NCBI GenBank assembly: GCA_032718475.1
Contig: JAUCBJ010002685.1
Location: forward strand, 1 to 32,100
DNA: 32,100 nt
Reading direction: 5' to 3'
DNA from: Nemertoderma westbladi
Taxonomy: Eukaryota > Animalia > Xenacoelomorpha
The position numbers were made by a program, and so were the translations under genes. This document shows, piece after piece, positions 12,001 to 23,127 of this stretch (its first letter is position 1; every line of letters starts with the position of its first letter). The notes under the pieces were generated by a model. It saw only the letters and a list, made by a program, of their open reading frames with translations, ran no database searches and had not been told where the DNA came from.

Positions 12001-15000
12001 TTCGGGATGGGATTAACATATTGATAAAAAGTTTGTGTTGAAATGAATGAAAAATTATTAATGTATAACTTGATTATATTCAAGTTTTAATTTACACAGT
12101 TATATTTACTGTAAAGTGTAATCTATACCCACACAATAATATATGTAGTGGTTTTAGGTTCTTACCGGCCTTTTTTGTTGATGATTTCCGATTTCCGATG
12201 ATTGACTACTCTATCATTTCTATGTCTCTTCTGTAAATTAACAGTTTAATACTATTTAAGAGTCTAGAACAATATTATGAATAATATTATGATATGTATC
12301 ATAATAATATGATACATATCATTACTAAGAAATACAATATTTATTACATGTTGAGAATTATATTGATTTTCCATGTCAGTGCTATTCCATTGTTTAGTTA
12401 CTTTTTTTCAATTGAGAGAGGAGCACACAGTAAATTGGTGAGTTATATTAACTATAAAATGCTCAATTATGTGACCAAAAAGTGAAGATAGAATATATGC
12501 AACTTAAGACTGCCCATTCAATAGAAGTGGATTAGGTGGGAGTGTGAGTGTCAGGGGCTATTGGCTGAGCTGGTTAGCGCTACTGATGAGGCCTGTTAGG
12601 CCGAAACGTACGTATAGCGCTGGTTCAACCCCCGGTGACGCGCTTTCTCACTTTTTCCATTTCTGAACAAAACCATAATATTACATCTTTAATTACAGTT
12701 GCATAACAACTCAACTCCAATGTAATTATTTACATTGACTGTTACGTCATGTAGTAACATCTTGTTCTTTTGCTCTTTGCTCTACTTACAATGTCATCGA
12801 TGGCATCTTTTACTGCTGTTATGGTTATGACGAATATTAATGGGGCTATAGTCGTTATTGGTGTTAGAGTAGAAATTTGTGGGATCATCTGTAATATACA
12901 AAGTTTCAATTAACTAGTAATTTATCAACTTTTATTCAATAGCAATAATTTAAGTTATTATATTATTGATTAATAAGTGAAATGTTTCTATTTAATTTAA
13001 TAATTCGCAAAACATTTTGTATGAAAATTATAATTGAAGTTTAAAACACCACAAGCACAATTAATTCTTAAGCACCGCAAACACAATTAATTTGTAAGCA
13101 CCACAAACACAATTAATTTGTAAGCACCACAAACACAATTAATTTGTAAGCACCACAAACACAATTAATTTGTAAGCACCACAAACACAATTAATTTGTA
13201 AGCACCACAAACACAATTAATTTGTAAGCACCACAAACACAATTAATTTGTAAGCACCACAAACACAATTAATTTATAAGCACCACAAACACAATTAATT
13301 TGTAAGCACCACAAACACAATTAATTTGTAAGCACCACAAACACAATTAATTTGTAAGCACCACAAACACAATTAATTTGTAAGCACCACAAACACAATT
13401 AATTTGTAAGCACCACAAACACAATTAATTTGTAAGCACCACAAACACAATTAATTTGTAAGCACCACAAACACAATTAATTTGTAAGCACCACAAACAC
13501 AATTAATTTGTAAGCACCACAAACACAATTAATTTGTAAGCACCACAAACACAATTAATTTATAAGCACCACAAACACAATTAATTTATAAGCACCACAA
13601 ACAATAAATCAAAAAAATAACATATACAGTATCAGTATCGATCTGGACAAACCGCACCATCCACCATTCCCGAACACAAGTGCCCTCCATCAACCCCCTA
13701 CCGCCATGCAGGTAGGGGTTGATGGAGTTGGAACGGTAAGAGTAGACGCCCCCTGTCGACCTCTGGCCCCCAATACGATGATTGGCTGGAGTTTATTATT
13801 ATTTAATTATTATTATTATTTAATAAAATAAATATTAATAATTATTTATTGTAAATAAAGTTATGTATAACGTTATTTTCACCATATTCGAGATATTTTA
13901 TTTAATAGCATAGTGAAAATATGTTTCACCCGATTGAATGTAGCGGGGTTTTAAAACCAAATGTATGCCATAGTATTGTACCATAAAGATCTGCGTTTGT
14001 CATGTGTTGTCTCCTGCTGCTGTTTAGTGACTATTATTATTAATTATATATAAGACTAAAATTACGTCAATCAAAAACCATAGCGACAGTAGAATTCTAG
14101 ACAATATTACTATTATTTTCCCCATTAAGTACATAGGTACATTTTGTAACCATTTAATTGTTAGCTTTTTAATTAATAACAGCACTAACAACTGTACATC
14201 GTGACTATTCTGATGTAACCATGCGATTTATTTCAGCATTGACTATTACTACCTTTTTCGTATCTGCGGTGGTAAATGTTGCACTAATTTGCATTGTCTA
14301 CGCTGCGCCGGATTTTACACCAGAACTGCTAATGCAAAGAGGGAATCTAACACCTGGAATTCAGGGTATCATTATTTTCTGGAACACGCTTAAAATAGTT
14401 GGATGGTTAGCAGTATTATATTTGGCTTTGCGGCAAATTAATTCTACGGAAACAACAACTTTATTGCTGTTATATTACGCAACATTTGGGCATCATTCTT
14501 TGTTAACATTCCTTATTAGGCTCTTAAAAACGGGAACCTTTGTTCATTACTGGGTGATAATTCTCACCTTGCAGGTTTTACTGGAGACAACATTGTTGTC
14601 CGTAACTTTATTCCCTATGGTCGCGGCGTATACTGTGTTCGCTCAGAGTGGTAACTGGCTGCCTGAGGAGTTAATAAAGCCATTCGCCTACACCGTTTAC
14701 ATTCTCACGCAAGGTGTAGCAATCACCAGCTTCCTTTGCGACCTCTACGGATTCATCTATATCGATAAGCGAATGTGCGAAGCGGTTTACGCCGGTTACA
14801 ATCATATCATGGAATACGAAGACCGTGGTTTAGCTCTCAGTCTACCGCCCTATCGCAACGTATCTCATTTCGCGAGTAATTCCTTGAGCAACCGTCAACG
14901 TTTCGCTTCGGCTCCCATCCAATACGGGTCGTATATCGCGGATATGCAGGCAGCAGCTCCCGCATCATCGAGAAAGTCAAGGAAGATAAAGTGGCGGTCG

Positions 15001-18000
15001 CCAGTGCGTTAACCGCACCCTCCCCCCCCCCCCCCCCCTCCCCTACTCGAAATTATTATAGCTACATTTTTTGCCGGTGCCTTTTTAATATTCTCGAACA
15101 TGTTCTAAAACATCTTAGATATTCTAGAAAGCAACTTAAATATTAAAGAAAACAAAGAAAATGTTCTAGAACAAGCATTTTTTGTTCTATTATTAATAAT
15201 ATACACATTTTTTGCGTAATTTTGAGAGGTTGGAATTTCGGCCGTGGCTACATTTTATTCTTATAGTTCCGCTTATTGCTACATTTTGTTCCTATAGTTC
15301 CGCCTACGGCTATATTATAATGTTATGACCGTCATTTCCTGAATGCTATAGTGGTTTTTTATTTGTTCCGTATGCAGTCGCATTTAAAAAAATTTTTATG
15401 AAATATATAGGCATATATTATGACTTATTTAGAACTAAATTGCCATAGTTGACTTCCTCACAACATTTTTCAAAAAATATTGTGTTCTAGAACACAATAT
15501 TAGCTAATTTCAGAACATTTGCTACCGCTATTAAAAAATCAACGTATTTTTTTTAAATTAGCTATATGTTCTAGAACATTATATTTTTTTATTTTATTTT
15601 GTTCTAGAATAGTATATAATACTTTTCTATTATTCTAGAACTCTTCAACGTTGCCATAGTAACAATTAATTATGTTTTAAAAATGTAGTTCTATACGGAA
15701 ATATAGCCTAAAAAAAGTTGGAAAAACTAGGCCTAGTTAGTATGAAAAATAAAAATTGTGTTCTACAACAAAAATATTTTTCAAAATTGATAGCCAGCAC
15801 GTGTTCTATAATATTTATAGAAAAATAGCAAAAAATAGCTAGTATAAAATGATAATATTTAATAAATCATGTTTTTAAAAATTTTCTAGAATACAATATT
15901 TTTTTTGAAAAATGTTGCATTGAAGTCATTGGTGATGTTACAATGAAAAAAATACATCATTTCATTAATTAATATCAAAATATCAAATGCGACTGTATGC
16001 GGAACCGAACATAGCCACCTAGCCACCTAGCCGAACATTTACAAATCTAAGTATTCATGAAATAGCTCTTAACAAGTGCTGAGGGTGGTGGGGGTGCTGA
16101 TAATTTGCCGTGACAAAGTGCCGGCGGTGCTCTCCTACTAACAAGGTTCCTCCTCCTCGAATGAATAATAGAAACAAAGTAGATGCAAAAGATCCTTTAT
16201 ATTCCGGTGAATTTAGGTTGATAAACGAGCCAGGAATGTGTTCGCGACTGAGTTTCATTAAAGGAAATTCTCCGTAGGGGCCGACGGATTTCAGGAAAAC
16301 TACGGCCAAACGGCCAAACTCGAAAAAACCATCGTAAGGATCTGATAATGACTCATATCAACGATGTTACACATTCAACCGGGAAATCCTTCACAATATT
16401 TCCGTATATCGCTCCACGCTATTTCCGAATATCGCTCCACACTACTTCCGTACATTGCTCCACACTATTTCCGTATATCGCTCCACACTTTCCGAATATC
16501 GCTCCACACTACTTCCGTACATAGCTCCATACCTTTTCCGTATATCGCTCCACACCACACTATTTCCGAATATCGCTCCACACTATTTCCGAATATCGCT
16601 CCACACTATTTCCGAATATAGCTCCACCCTACTTCCGTACATTGCTCCACACTATTTCCGAATATCGCTCCACACTATTTCCGAATTTCGCTCCACACTA
16701 CTTCCGCACATTGCTCCACACTATTTCCGTATATCGCTCCACACTACTTCCGTATATCGCTCCCCACATCGCTCCGCACTATTTCCGTACACTCCTCTAC
16801 ACTACTTCCGTGCATTGCTCCACACCACACTATTTCCGAATATCGCTCCACACTATTTCCAAATATAGCTCCACACTACTTCCGTACATTGCTCCACACT
16901 ATTTCCGTATATCGCTCCGCACCGCACTACTTCCGTACATTGCTCCACACTATTTCCGTATATAGCTCCACACTATTTCCGTATATCGCTCCACACTATT
17001 TCCGAATATCGCTCCGCTCCGCACTACTTCCGTACATTGCTCCGCACTATTTCCCTATATCGCTCCACGCTATTTCCGAATATCGCTCCACACTATTTCC
17101 GAATATCGCTCCACACTATTTCCGAATATCGCTCCGCTCCACCCTACTTCCGTACATTGCTCCACACTATTTCCGAATATCGCTCCACACTATTTCCGAA
17201 TTTCGCTCCACACTACTTCCATACATCGCTCCACACTATTTCCGAATATCGCTCCACACTATTTCCGAATATCGCTCCACACTACTTCCGAATATCGCTC
17301 CACACTACTTCCGTATATCGCTCCACACTATTTCCGTATATCGCTCCACACTATTTCCGAATATCGCTCCACACTACTTCCGAATATCGCTCCACACTAC
17401 TTCCGTATATAGCTCCACACTATTTCCGTATATCGCTCCACACTATTTCCGAATATCGCTCCACACTATTTCCGAATATCGCTCCGCTCCACCCTACTTC
17501 CGTACATTGCTCCACACTATTTCCGAATATCGCTCCACACTATTTCCGAATTTCGCTCCACACTACTTCCATACATCGCTCCACACTATTTCCGAATATC
17601 GCTCCACACTATTTCCGAATATCGCTCCACACTACTTCCGAATATCGCTCCACACTACTTCCGTATATCGCTCCACACTATTTCCGAATATCGCTCCACA
17701 CTACTTCCGTATATCGATCCACACTATTTCCGTATATAGCTCCACACTATTTCCGAATATCTCTCCCTACCTTTTCCGTATATCGCTCCACACCACACTA
17801 TTTCCGAATATCGCTCCACACTATTTCCGAATATCGCTCCACACTACTTCCGTATATCGCTCCACACTATTTCCGAATATCGCTCCACACTACTTCCGTA
17901 TATCGATCCACACTATTTCCGTATATCGCTCCACACCACACTATTTCCGAATATCGCTCCACACTATTTCCGAATATCGCTCCACACTACTTCCGAATAT

Positions 18001-21000
18001 CGCTCCACACTACTTCCGTATATCGCTCCATACTATTTCCGCATCTCGCTCCACACTATTTCCGAATATCTCTCCCTACCTTTTCCGTATATCGCTCCAC
18101 ACCACACCATTTCCAAATATAGCTCCACACTACTTCCGTACATTGCTCCACACTACTTCCGTATATCGATCCGCACTATTTCCGAATATCGCTCCACACT
18201 ATTTCCGTATATCGCTCCACACTATTTCCGTATATCGCTCCACACTATTTCCAAATATAGCTCCACACTACTTCCGTACATTGCTCCACACTATTTCCGT
18301 ATATCGCTCCGCACCGCACTACTTCCGTACATTGCTCCACACTATTTCCGTACAATGCTCCGCACTACTTCCGTACAATGCTCCGCACTACTTCCGTACA
18401 TTGCTCCGCACTATTTCCCTATATCGCTCCACGCTATTTCCGTATATCGCACCACACCACACTATTTCCGAATATCGCTCCACACTATTTCCGAATATCG
18501 CTCCGCACTACTTCCGTACATTGCTCCGCACTATTTCCGAATATCGCTCCGCACTATTTCCGAATTTCGCTCCACACTACTTCCGTACATTGCTCCACAC
18601 TATTTCCGAATTTCGCTCCACACTACTTCCGTACATTGCTCCACACTATTTCCGTATATGCTCCACACTATTTCCGTATATCGCTCCACACTACTTCCGT
18701 ACATTGCTCCACACTATTTCCGTATATGCTCCACACTATTTCCGTATATCGCTCCGCACATCGCTTCGCACTATTTCCCTATATCGCTCCACGCTATTTC
18801 CGTATATCGCACCACACCACACTATTTCCGAATATCGCTCCACACTATTTCCGAATATCGCTCCGCACTACTTCCGTACATTGCTCCGCACTATTTCCGA
18901 ATATCGCTCCGCACTATTTCCGAATATCGCTCCACACTATTTCCGTACATCGCTCCACACTATTTCCGTATATAGCTCCACACTATTTCCGAATATCTCT
19001 CCACACTATTTCCGAATATCGCTCCACACTATTTCCGTACATCGCTCCACACTATTTCCGTATATAGCTCCACACTATTTCCGTATATCGCTCCACACTA
19101 TTTCCGTACAATGCTCCACACTATTTCGTACATTCATTCAAACTATTTTTGTATATATGTAATTGTGCACACACTCTAAGGTATAACATTTGACACTAAA
19201 TTATAGACTAAAATATATTTATTATTTATTTATGTATAATTATATATTCGTATTTGTATTGTTAATTTAAGATAGTATACCATACATGTGGTTTTAAACA
19301 ATTCAATTTCGTTACTATTAAATATTCGAAATATTCCGGAACACAATATAATTGTTCTAAAATAACTACATAATTGGAAACATTTGAAAATTGAAAATGT
19401 TTTGTTCTAGAATATTTTTACTCAATATTTATCATTAATTTGTGTATTTTTGTAATCAAATAAAAAGGCAACAAAAGTGTGTAAAATAATTTATCTGAAT
19501 TTCTAAATTGTTATAATAGGATTTGGCAAAGCAGAAAAAGGATTCCACCTATTTTAAAAAGAATGACCAAGGTATACCAAAGATATTAGACTTGTTAAAA
19601 AAAACCATAGCGGAGGTTTAGGTATTAGGCCTAGCAACCTAAATAAATTACTAGTTAATTAATTAGATAAATACTTTTATTTATTGTTTTTAAGGTAATC
19701 TTGGCCTGACCAAGTTAAATTATATTGTAAGTTCAATGTTAAGTTTCTTTGTAAAGTTCCTTATATAGAGCAGTAAAATGGAATGGCATTTTTTTGCATT
19801 TTTTTACCTAGGGAAAATATAACCCATAAAGGGTTGCTTTGATTTTATTTTTGTCCCGGCGAAAAAAATATAATAAAATATTTTGTTGTCTTAAATTTTA
19901 TTTCATGTGTTAAAAGAACATCGAAGTACAAAAGGCTTTCACGTCATTTGTCAAAATTCCATTCACACACTCAAAAGTTATTGCAAATTTAGTGTCTGCA
20001 AGGCGAACTCCAAAAGGGAAGTCATTATCAAATATTGGTTTATGTTGTTAAGCCGCTCTCTAGTTAAGTAATAAATATTCGAGAACACTAAATTATTTAA
20101 CATTGAGTAAGGCAACATCCAGAGTTGAAGAGTTAAATAATATGAATAACTGTAACTATGGAAGCAATATAGTTAAATACTATAGTTCAATTTATTTTTT
20201 AGCATTATTTTAGCACCTAGCTCTATCTCTATTACTTATTACATGGGGAAAAAAACGTAGGACAAATTTTTTTCAATATAATAATAAAAATAATAAATAT
20301 AGTAATAAATACTTAATTGTTCTCTATAGTTTTTTTTATAGAACAACTCGCTGTTATAGAATAACAGCTTTAAGGCAGAGATGTTTTTATTTCTTTTAGA
20401 ACTTTAGTTTTTAAACATTGTTATTGTAATATATATATAAACACAAAAAATGCCAGTTATTTCTACAATGTGCATTACAATATGAATTATTAATAAAATG
20501 CCATGGTAGCCCTTACCTGTAGCGCAATGAGAATAAGGAAATAGGTATTTGCCGTTCGTTGGAACTGCTCGAATAAGTTAACAGGTAGGAAGGTTAATAG
20601 GGTATATTTGGCGGTGTTGATATAGTTATTCTACATAAAAAAAAGTAATTGCGAAAATAATGGGAATGTATTTTTATTAATATGGATTTACACGGAAAAA
20701 AATTAACTCTTATGTAATGCGAATTGTTGATTAATATGATATCGTACCATCTTCATATTACATAGGATTTTCAGGCAAATTTGGCGAGCGTTTGAAAATG
20801 TATCTGTATCTAATTTACACCCGCCGCCACGCAGCCAATCTCCTTCCTAATCTGGCTGGTTTGACATAATAACATCGTCCAAATGGTGCAGGTGATTTAA
20901 CCCACGCTAAAATACCGCAATTTATAAAAAAAAAACACTCTTGAAAGCTTTTTAAAAGAAAAAAAAGTAAACAGCATTACAACGTTTAGCAGACTTTTCT

Positions 21001-22947
21001 AAATACAATTTATTTTAAAAATAGATATCTTTATAGATTTGGCATCCTTCAACGCCAATTCTCCATCGGTACCGGCTAATCACTCCTGAGAACTATGAAT
21101 ATAGCAGCTGCGTTTCCGTACTTTAGAAAACGAAAGTAATTCAAATTTTTTGCTATTTAATTTAGAAACAAATTTCCTACAATATTTTGAAAAATACAAC
21201 CTATGAATTTCTAGTAAAATGTATTATACATTGGATTTTCATGATACTAACCGCATATTTACGTTTCTTGTTTAATTTCCTGTTATTCGCTGTGATATGT
21301 CTTTCAACGGCTGAAATATAATATAAATACATAACATAAACATTAAGCATACTTCACTGTTGTAATATACTATTAGTAATACGTGTATTATTATTCTTAG
21401 TATTATTATCTGTTACCAGCATCTGTTACACGTTCGTGGGGCCTTCGCGCAGCACGAGAGCCCATATTAGAAAGTACATTACTAATCTCTATTAGATATA
21501 CGAAAACCGTCTTTCCCAACATATATATGAGTGAAGGCGATGCTATCAGTTTGTGATAAACTAGTTGTAAAAGCAGAGATCCATTTCAGTTTACCCTTAC
21601 ACACTTTAACTGTCATTTGTAAACCTTCTAACTAGGGCTATTTAAGTTAAGTATGACATTTTTAGTTTTACAATACTCTTCTCCTTCATTAGCCTCGTTG
21701 CGCTCGTCCTGTTTTGTCATAAAATAATTTCCCTAAACGGAGAATAACGACGTTTATAACTGTGCAAAGTCTCGAAACTGTGAGAGTAACTGCTGATTTA
21801 TGGCAGATGGATACTCGTATCCACTGTAAACTCGTTGCGTTCGTTCGTTTTTTACCAAACTTGAGATTCTTTCTAAACTTTTGTCGGACTACATACATAC
21901 AAAGTTTCGTTTAGCCTAATTTCATCAAGGAATAACCGAGTTATTAACGATCAAAAATTATCGACGACGACAGACGACGAAGACGAAAACAGACGACGAC
22001 AGACAAGGTACTGGTCCAGTATGCGTTCACCCCCCACCTAATTTTTTGTACTAGCTAGTTTTTGATACTTTCTTTTTTCATATGTTCTGGAACTTATTAG
22101 CTATTTGTTTATAAAAAAAATATTGTTCTAGATAAAATATTTTTTATTCTGGAACATTTAAAAAAAGGTTTGTATTAAGATCTTATGAGTTCGTTATATC
22201 AATAGTACTTATGCTTTTTAATGATACTCTGGCAACATTATTATAGAACATTGAAAAGTTTTCATTTTCAATTAGCTATATATAAGAGTATTACATACAG
22301 TAGAATTTAAATTTATCGCAGTTAAGTCAATAACAAATAAAAAGAATTCCAATAATAGAGACTATCATAAACTGGATAGGCCTCATGAGCACGATTTCAA
22401 TATGTTTGAAATAACGGAATTCCTAAAAACGGAAGCGTGTGCCATATCATTTGCTCAATCAATGGGGCTGTTGCCTATAAATAGTGAAAATAGCGATAAC
22501 AATATTTATATTGAAATTTATTTGTTAATAAATTAAAATTTATTAGCTACCATCATAATTTTATTGAAAAATTTAAAAATATTAAAATAAATTATTTTAT
22601 TTATTTTATACCAACCATCCCATGCATTTTAAGAACAAAGCAGGCTTTTCTCTAAAGCATGTTCTAGAACAAAAAATATTTGTTCTAGAACATTATTTTT
22701 TCAAAATCAAATAGCTAACATGTTTTGGTACATTTCAAAAAAAGAAATTATCAAAAACTAACTAGTACAAAAAATTTGGTGGGGGGTGTACGCATACTGG
22801 ACCAGTACCGACAGACAACTCGTTAATGGTACCCATATGCTAAGGCTTCGCTCACTTCATGGCTCGCCCCACAACGTTTTGTTGACGTAACATTTGATGA
22901 TAAAATATTACGTTACCTGGGTTCCTTGACTTCTTCCTTAATCCCAT
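1..22947 (-). CDS. ATP8B: P4-type phospholipid-transporting ATPase (flippase), ATP8B-like; 22 coding exons in window, 3' end beyond left edge
   Basis: Manually spliced exons, all GT-AG and phase-compatible: 22917-22947, 21252-21310, 20517-20630, 12790-12888, 12166-12230, 11749-11975, 10634-10881, 10323-10519, 9924-10143, 9492-9752, 9052-9285, 8426-8665, 8076-8201, 7594-7705, 7295-7489, 6873-7065, 6478-6592, 6042-6143, 1763-1906, 1134-1264, 729-909, <1-409 (~1234 codons). Motifs: [98 protein letters not shown]-terminal GYAFAHE. Subfamily-level call only; specific paralogue not assignable. Confidence 0.95.
2650..2859. mobile_element. MITE, hAT-like (8-bp TSD), copy 1
   Basis: Imperfect terminal inverted repeats (gagacagggg..actggacgcaa / ttgcgtccagt..ccctatctg); flanked by direct repeat GACGTGCC at 2642-2649 and 2860-2867; homologous inverted copy at 27337-27588. 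Confidence 0.75.
3223..4311 (-). CDS. RSL1D1: Ribosomal L1 domain-containing protein 1 (RSL1D1/Cic1/Utp30-like), single coding exon, nested in ATP8B intron 1907-6041
   Basis: 362-aa ORF from first ATG (MDEIPFQR; the track's 4326 start is a TTG). Family-typical segments [67 protein letters not shown]; basic low-complexity tail; AATAAA on minus strand at 3198-3203. Confidence 0.92.
   Translation of the reverse strand: MDEIPFQRISLVDKSQVSRAIKALYVLASRTPEKNKPNLLAEDGCEATGIQLTISLKRIPDVNNKWLQLHVDHSPFAPTQQRQVCLFVKDIEGKDSDATVEFYRRLLGKEDIKGISEVIPHRVLATEYKPYEAKIRLCRMFDVFLADRSIYHRLPTMLGKAFFKANKVPIGVNVSARQAIKSEIEAALGSVPLLMTGRGDCMTCRVANTALPVDSSIDNVMGACQSFVEQCPRGWANIRSLYLRLGRPDTISLPVYQSQQNLASSVEDSSLFSETTLKSSEVSDDAKPRKRVDSLADTPPVVRGPPAAADTPPAAVPRTKPRTTKRRNPPEESELMAKVKKTLVAGSTAAPRVTKVKKRKGR
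4672..5775. promoter_or_regulatory. Duplicated promoter-like segments upstream of RSL1D1 (A-B ... inverted B - A)
   Basis: A ~4672-4800 is repeated directly at ~5659-5760; B ~4816-4990 is repeated inverted at ~5515-5640. Contains CCGGAAGT (ETS-like) twice, several CCAAT/ATTGG boxes and GCATGCGCATGC (NRF1-like) near 5763-5774. The duplication is seen directly; promoter function is inference. Confidence 0.45.
12554..12656 (+). mobile_element. tRNA-derived Pol III unit (SINE/retrozyme-like) enclosing the hammerhead
   Basis: tRNA-like 5' end GGGGCTA; A box TGGCTGAGCTGG 12562-73; B box GGTTCAACCCC 12622-32; TTTTT at 12652-56. The anticodon/variable region is replaced by the ribozyme. Confidence 0.65.
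12576..12621 (+). ncRNA. Minimal type I hammerhead ribozyme
   Basis: Stem I AGCGCTA(12576-82)/TAGCGCT(12615-21); core CTGATGA 12583-89; stem II GGCCT-gtt-AGGCC 12590-12602; GAAA 12603-06; short stem III within palindrome ACGTACGT 12606-13; cleavage triplet GTA 12612-14. All core positions are canonical. Confidence 0.9.
13043..13604. repeat. 26-bp minisatellite (TAAGCACCACAAACACAATTAATTTG), ~21 copies
   Basis: Period 26 read directly (e.g. 13095 then 13121); first units diverged, a few G>A variants. Confidence 0.95.
14221..15012 (+). CDS. Uncharacterised multi-pass membrane protein (263 aa, ~4-5 TM), intronless, antisense inside ATP8B intron 12889-20516
   Basis: ATG-initiated 792-nt non-repetitive ORF in very AT-rich surroundings, Kozak-like aaccATG, several hydrophobic spans in residues ~1-180, hydrophilic tail with LPPY and a basic end. 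No family recognised. Confidence 0.7.
   Translation: MRFISALTITTFFVSAVVNVALICIVYAAPDFTPELLMQRGNLTPGIQGIIIFWNTLKIVGWLAVLYLALRQINSTETTTLLLLYYATFGHHSLLTFLIRLLKTGTFVHYWVIILTLQVLLETTLLSVTLFPMVAAYTVFAQSGNWLPEELIKPFAYTVYILTQGVAITSFLCDLYGFIYIDKRMCEAVYAGYNHIMEYEDRGLALSLPPYRNVSHFASNSLSNRQRFASAPIQYGSYIADMQAAAPASSRKSRKIKWRSPVR
15345..16030. mobile_element. Degenerate inverted-repeat (MITE-like) element rich in TTCTAGAA
   Basis: gttccgtatgcagtcgcattt (~15365-85) vs aaatgcgactgtatgcggaac (~15985-16005), and a second inverted match ~15450-15492 vs ~15885-15930; ends and TSD not resolved. Confidence 0.5.
16395..19140. repeat. 23-bp satellite/minisatellite (consensus TATTTCCGAATATCGCTCCACAC), ~115-120 variable copies
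   Basis: Period 23 (16561 then 16584); recurrent unit variants and higher-order duplications at 350- and 360-bp offsets. Confidence 0.95.
21690..22870. mobile_element. Probable older non-autonomous interspersed element with GAC/ACAG microsatellite, interrupted by the Merlin-like insertion
   Basis: gacgacagac-type microsatellite at 21962-22006 resumes at 22810; ends resemble each other (cgttgcgctcgtcc / ggctcgcccc). Class (Helitron/HINE-like) is a guess from general architecture. Confidence 0.3.
22007..22809 (+). mobile_element. Non-autonomous Merlin-like DNA transposon with transposase N-terminal remnant
   Basis: Long TIRs GGTACTGGTCCAGTATGCG..(>60 bp) / ..CGCATACTGGACCAGTACC; perfect 9-bp TSD GACAGACAA (21998-22006, 22810-22818); internal frame ~22372-22476 [27 protein letters not shown] resembles the Merlin/IS1595-family transposase N-terminus. 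Confidence 0.8.
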
Positions 22948-23127
22948 TTTTCCTTAGCGTATTTGCTAATGGCTATTTTTTGCAGCATATCATGTGTATA
23001 AATTCAACGTGTCTATTTCTAAACTTGTTAAATGTGGCCTATGATCTGAACTGATACTAGCCAACTTAAGCAGTTGAGCTATCTCAATGTATGTATGTAT
23101 CTCAAGGCGTTTAAAACCCAAGGAATT

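Noticed and set aside
12554-12640. Functional tRNA gene, or tRNA with an intron
   Set aside because: T-stem and acceptor stem do not pair properly and there is no anticodon arm; the middle is a hammerhead.
13043-13604. CRISPR-like appearance of regular repeats (also 16395-19140 and 27790-32100)
   Set aside because: Head-to-tail tandem units with no unique spacers, eukaryotic context, no cas genes.
16055-16309. 84-aa minus ORF / GC-richer island as a candidate exon
   Set aside because: No recognisable motif, non-ATG start, and no convincing splice sites in any frame.
16364-19162. Long ORFs (up to 757 aa) in all three plus frames
   Set aside because: Products of a mostly stop-free 23-bp repeat; the same 23-aa cycle appears in every frame and there is no unique coding sequence.
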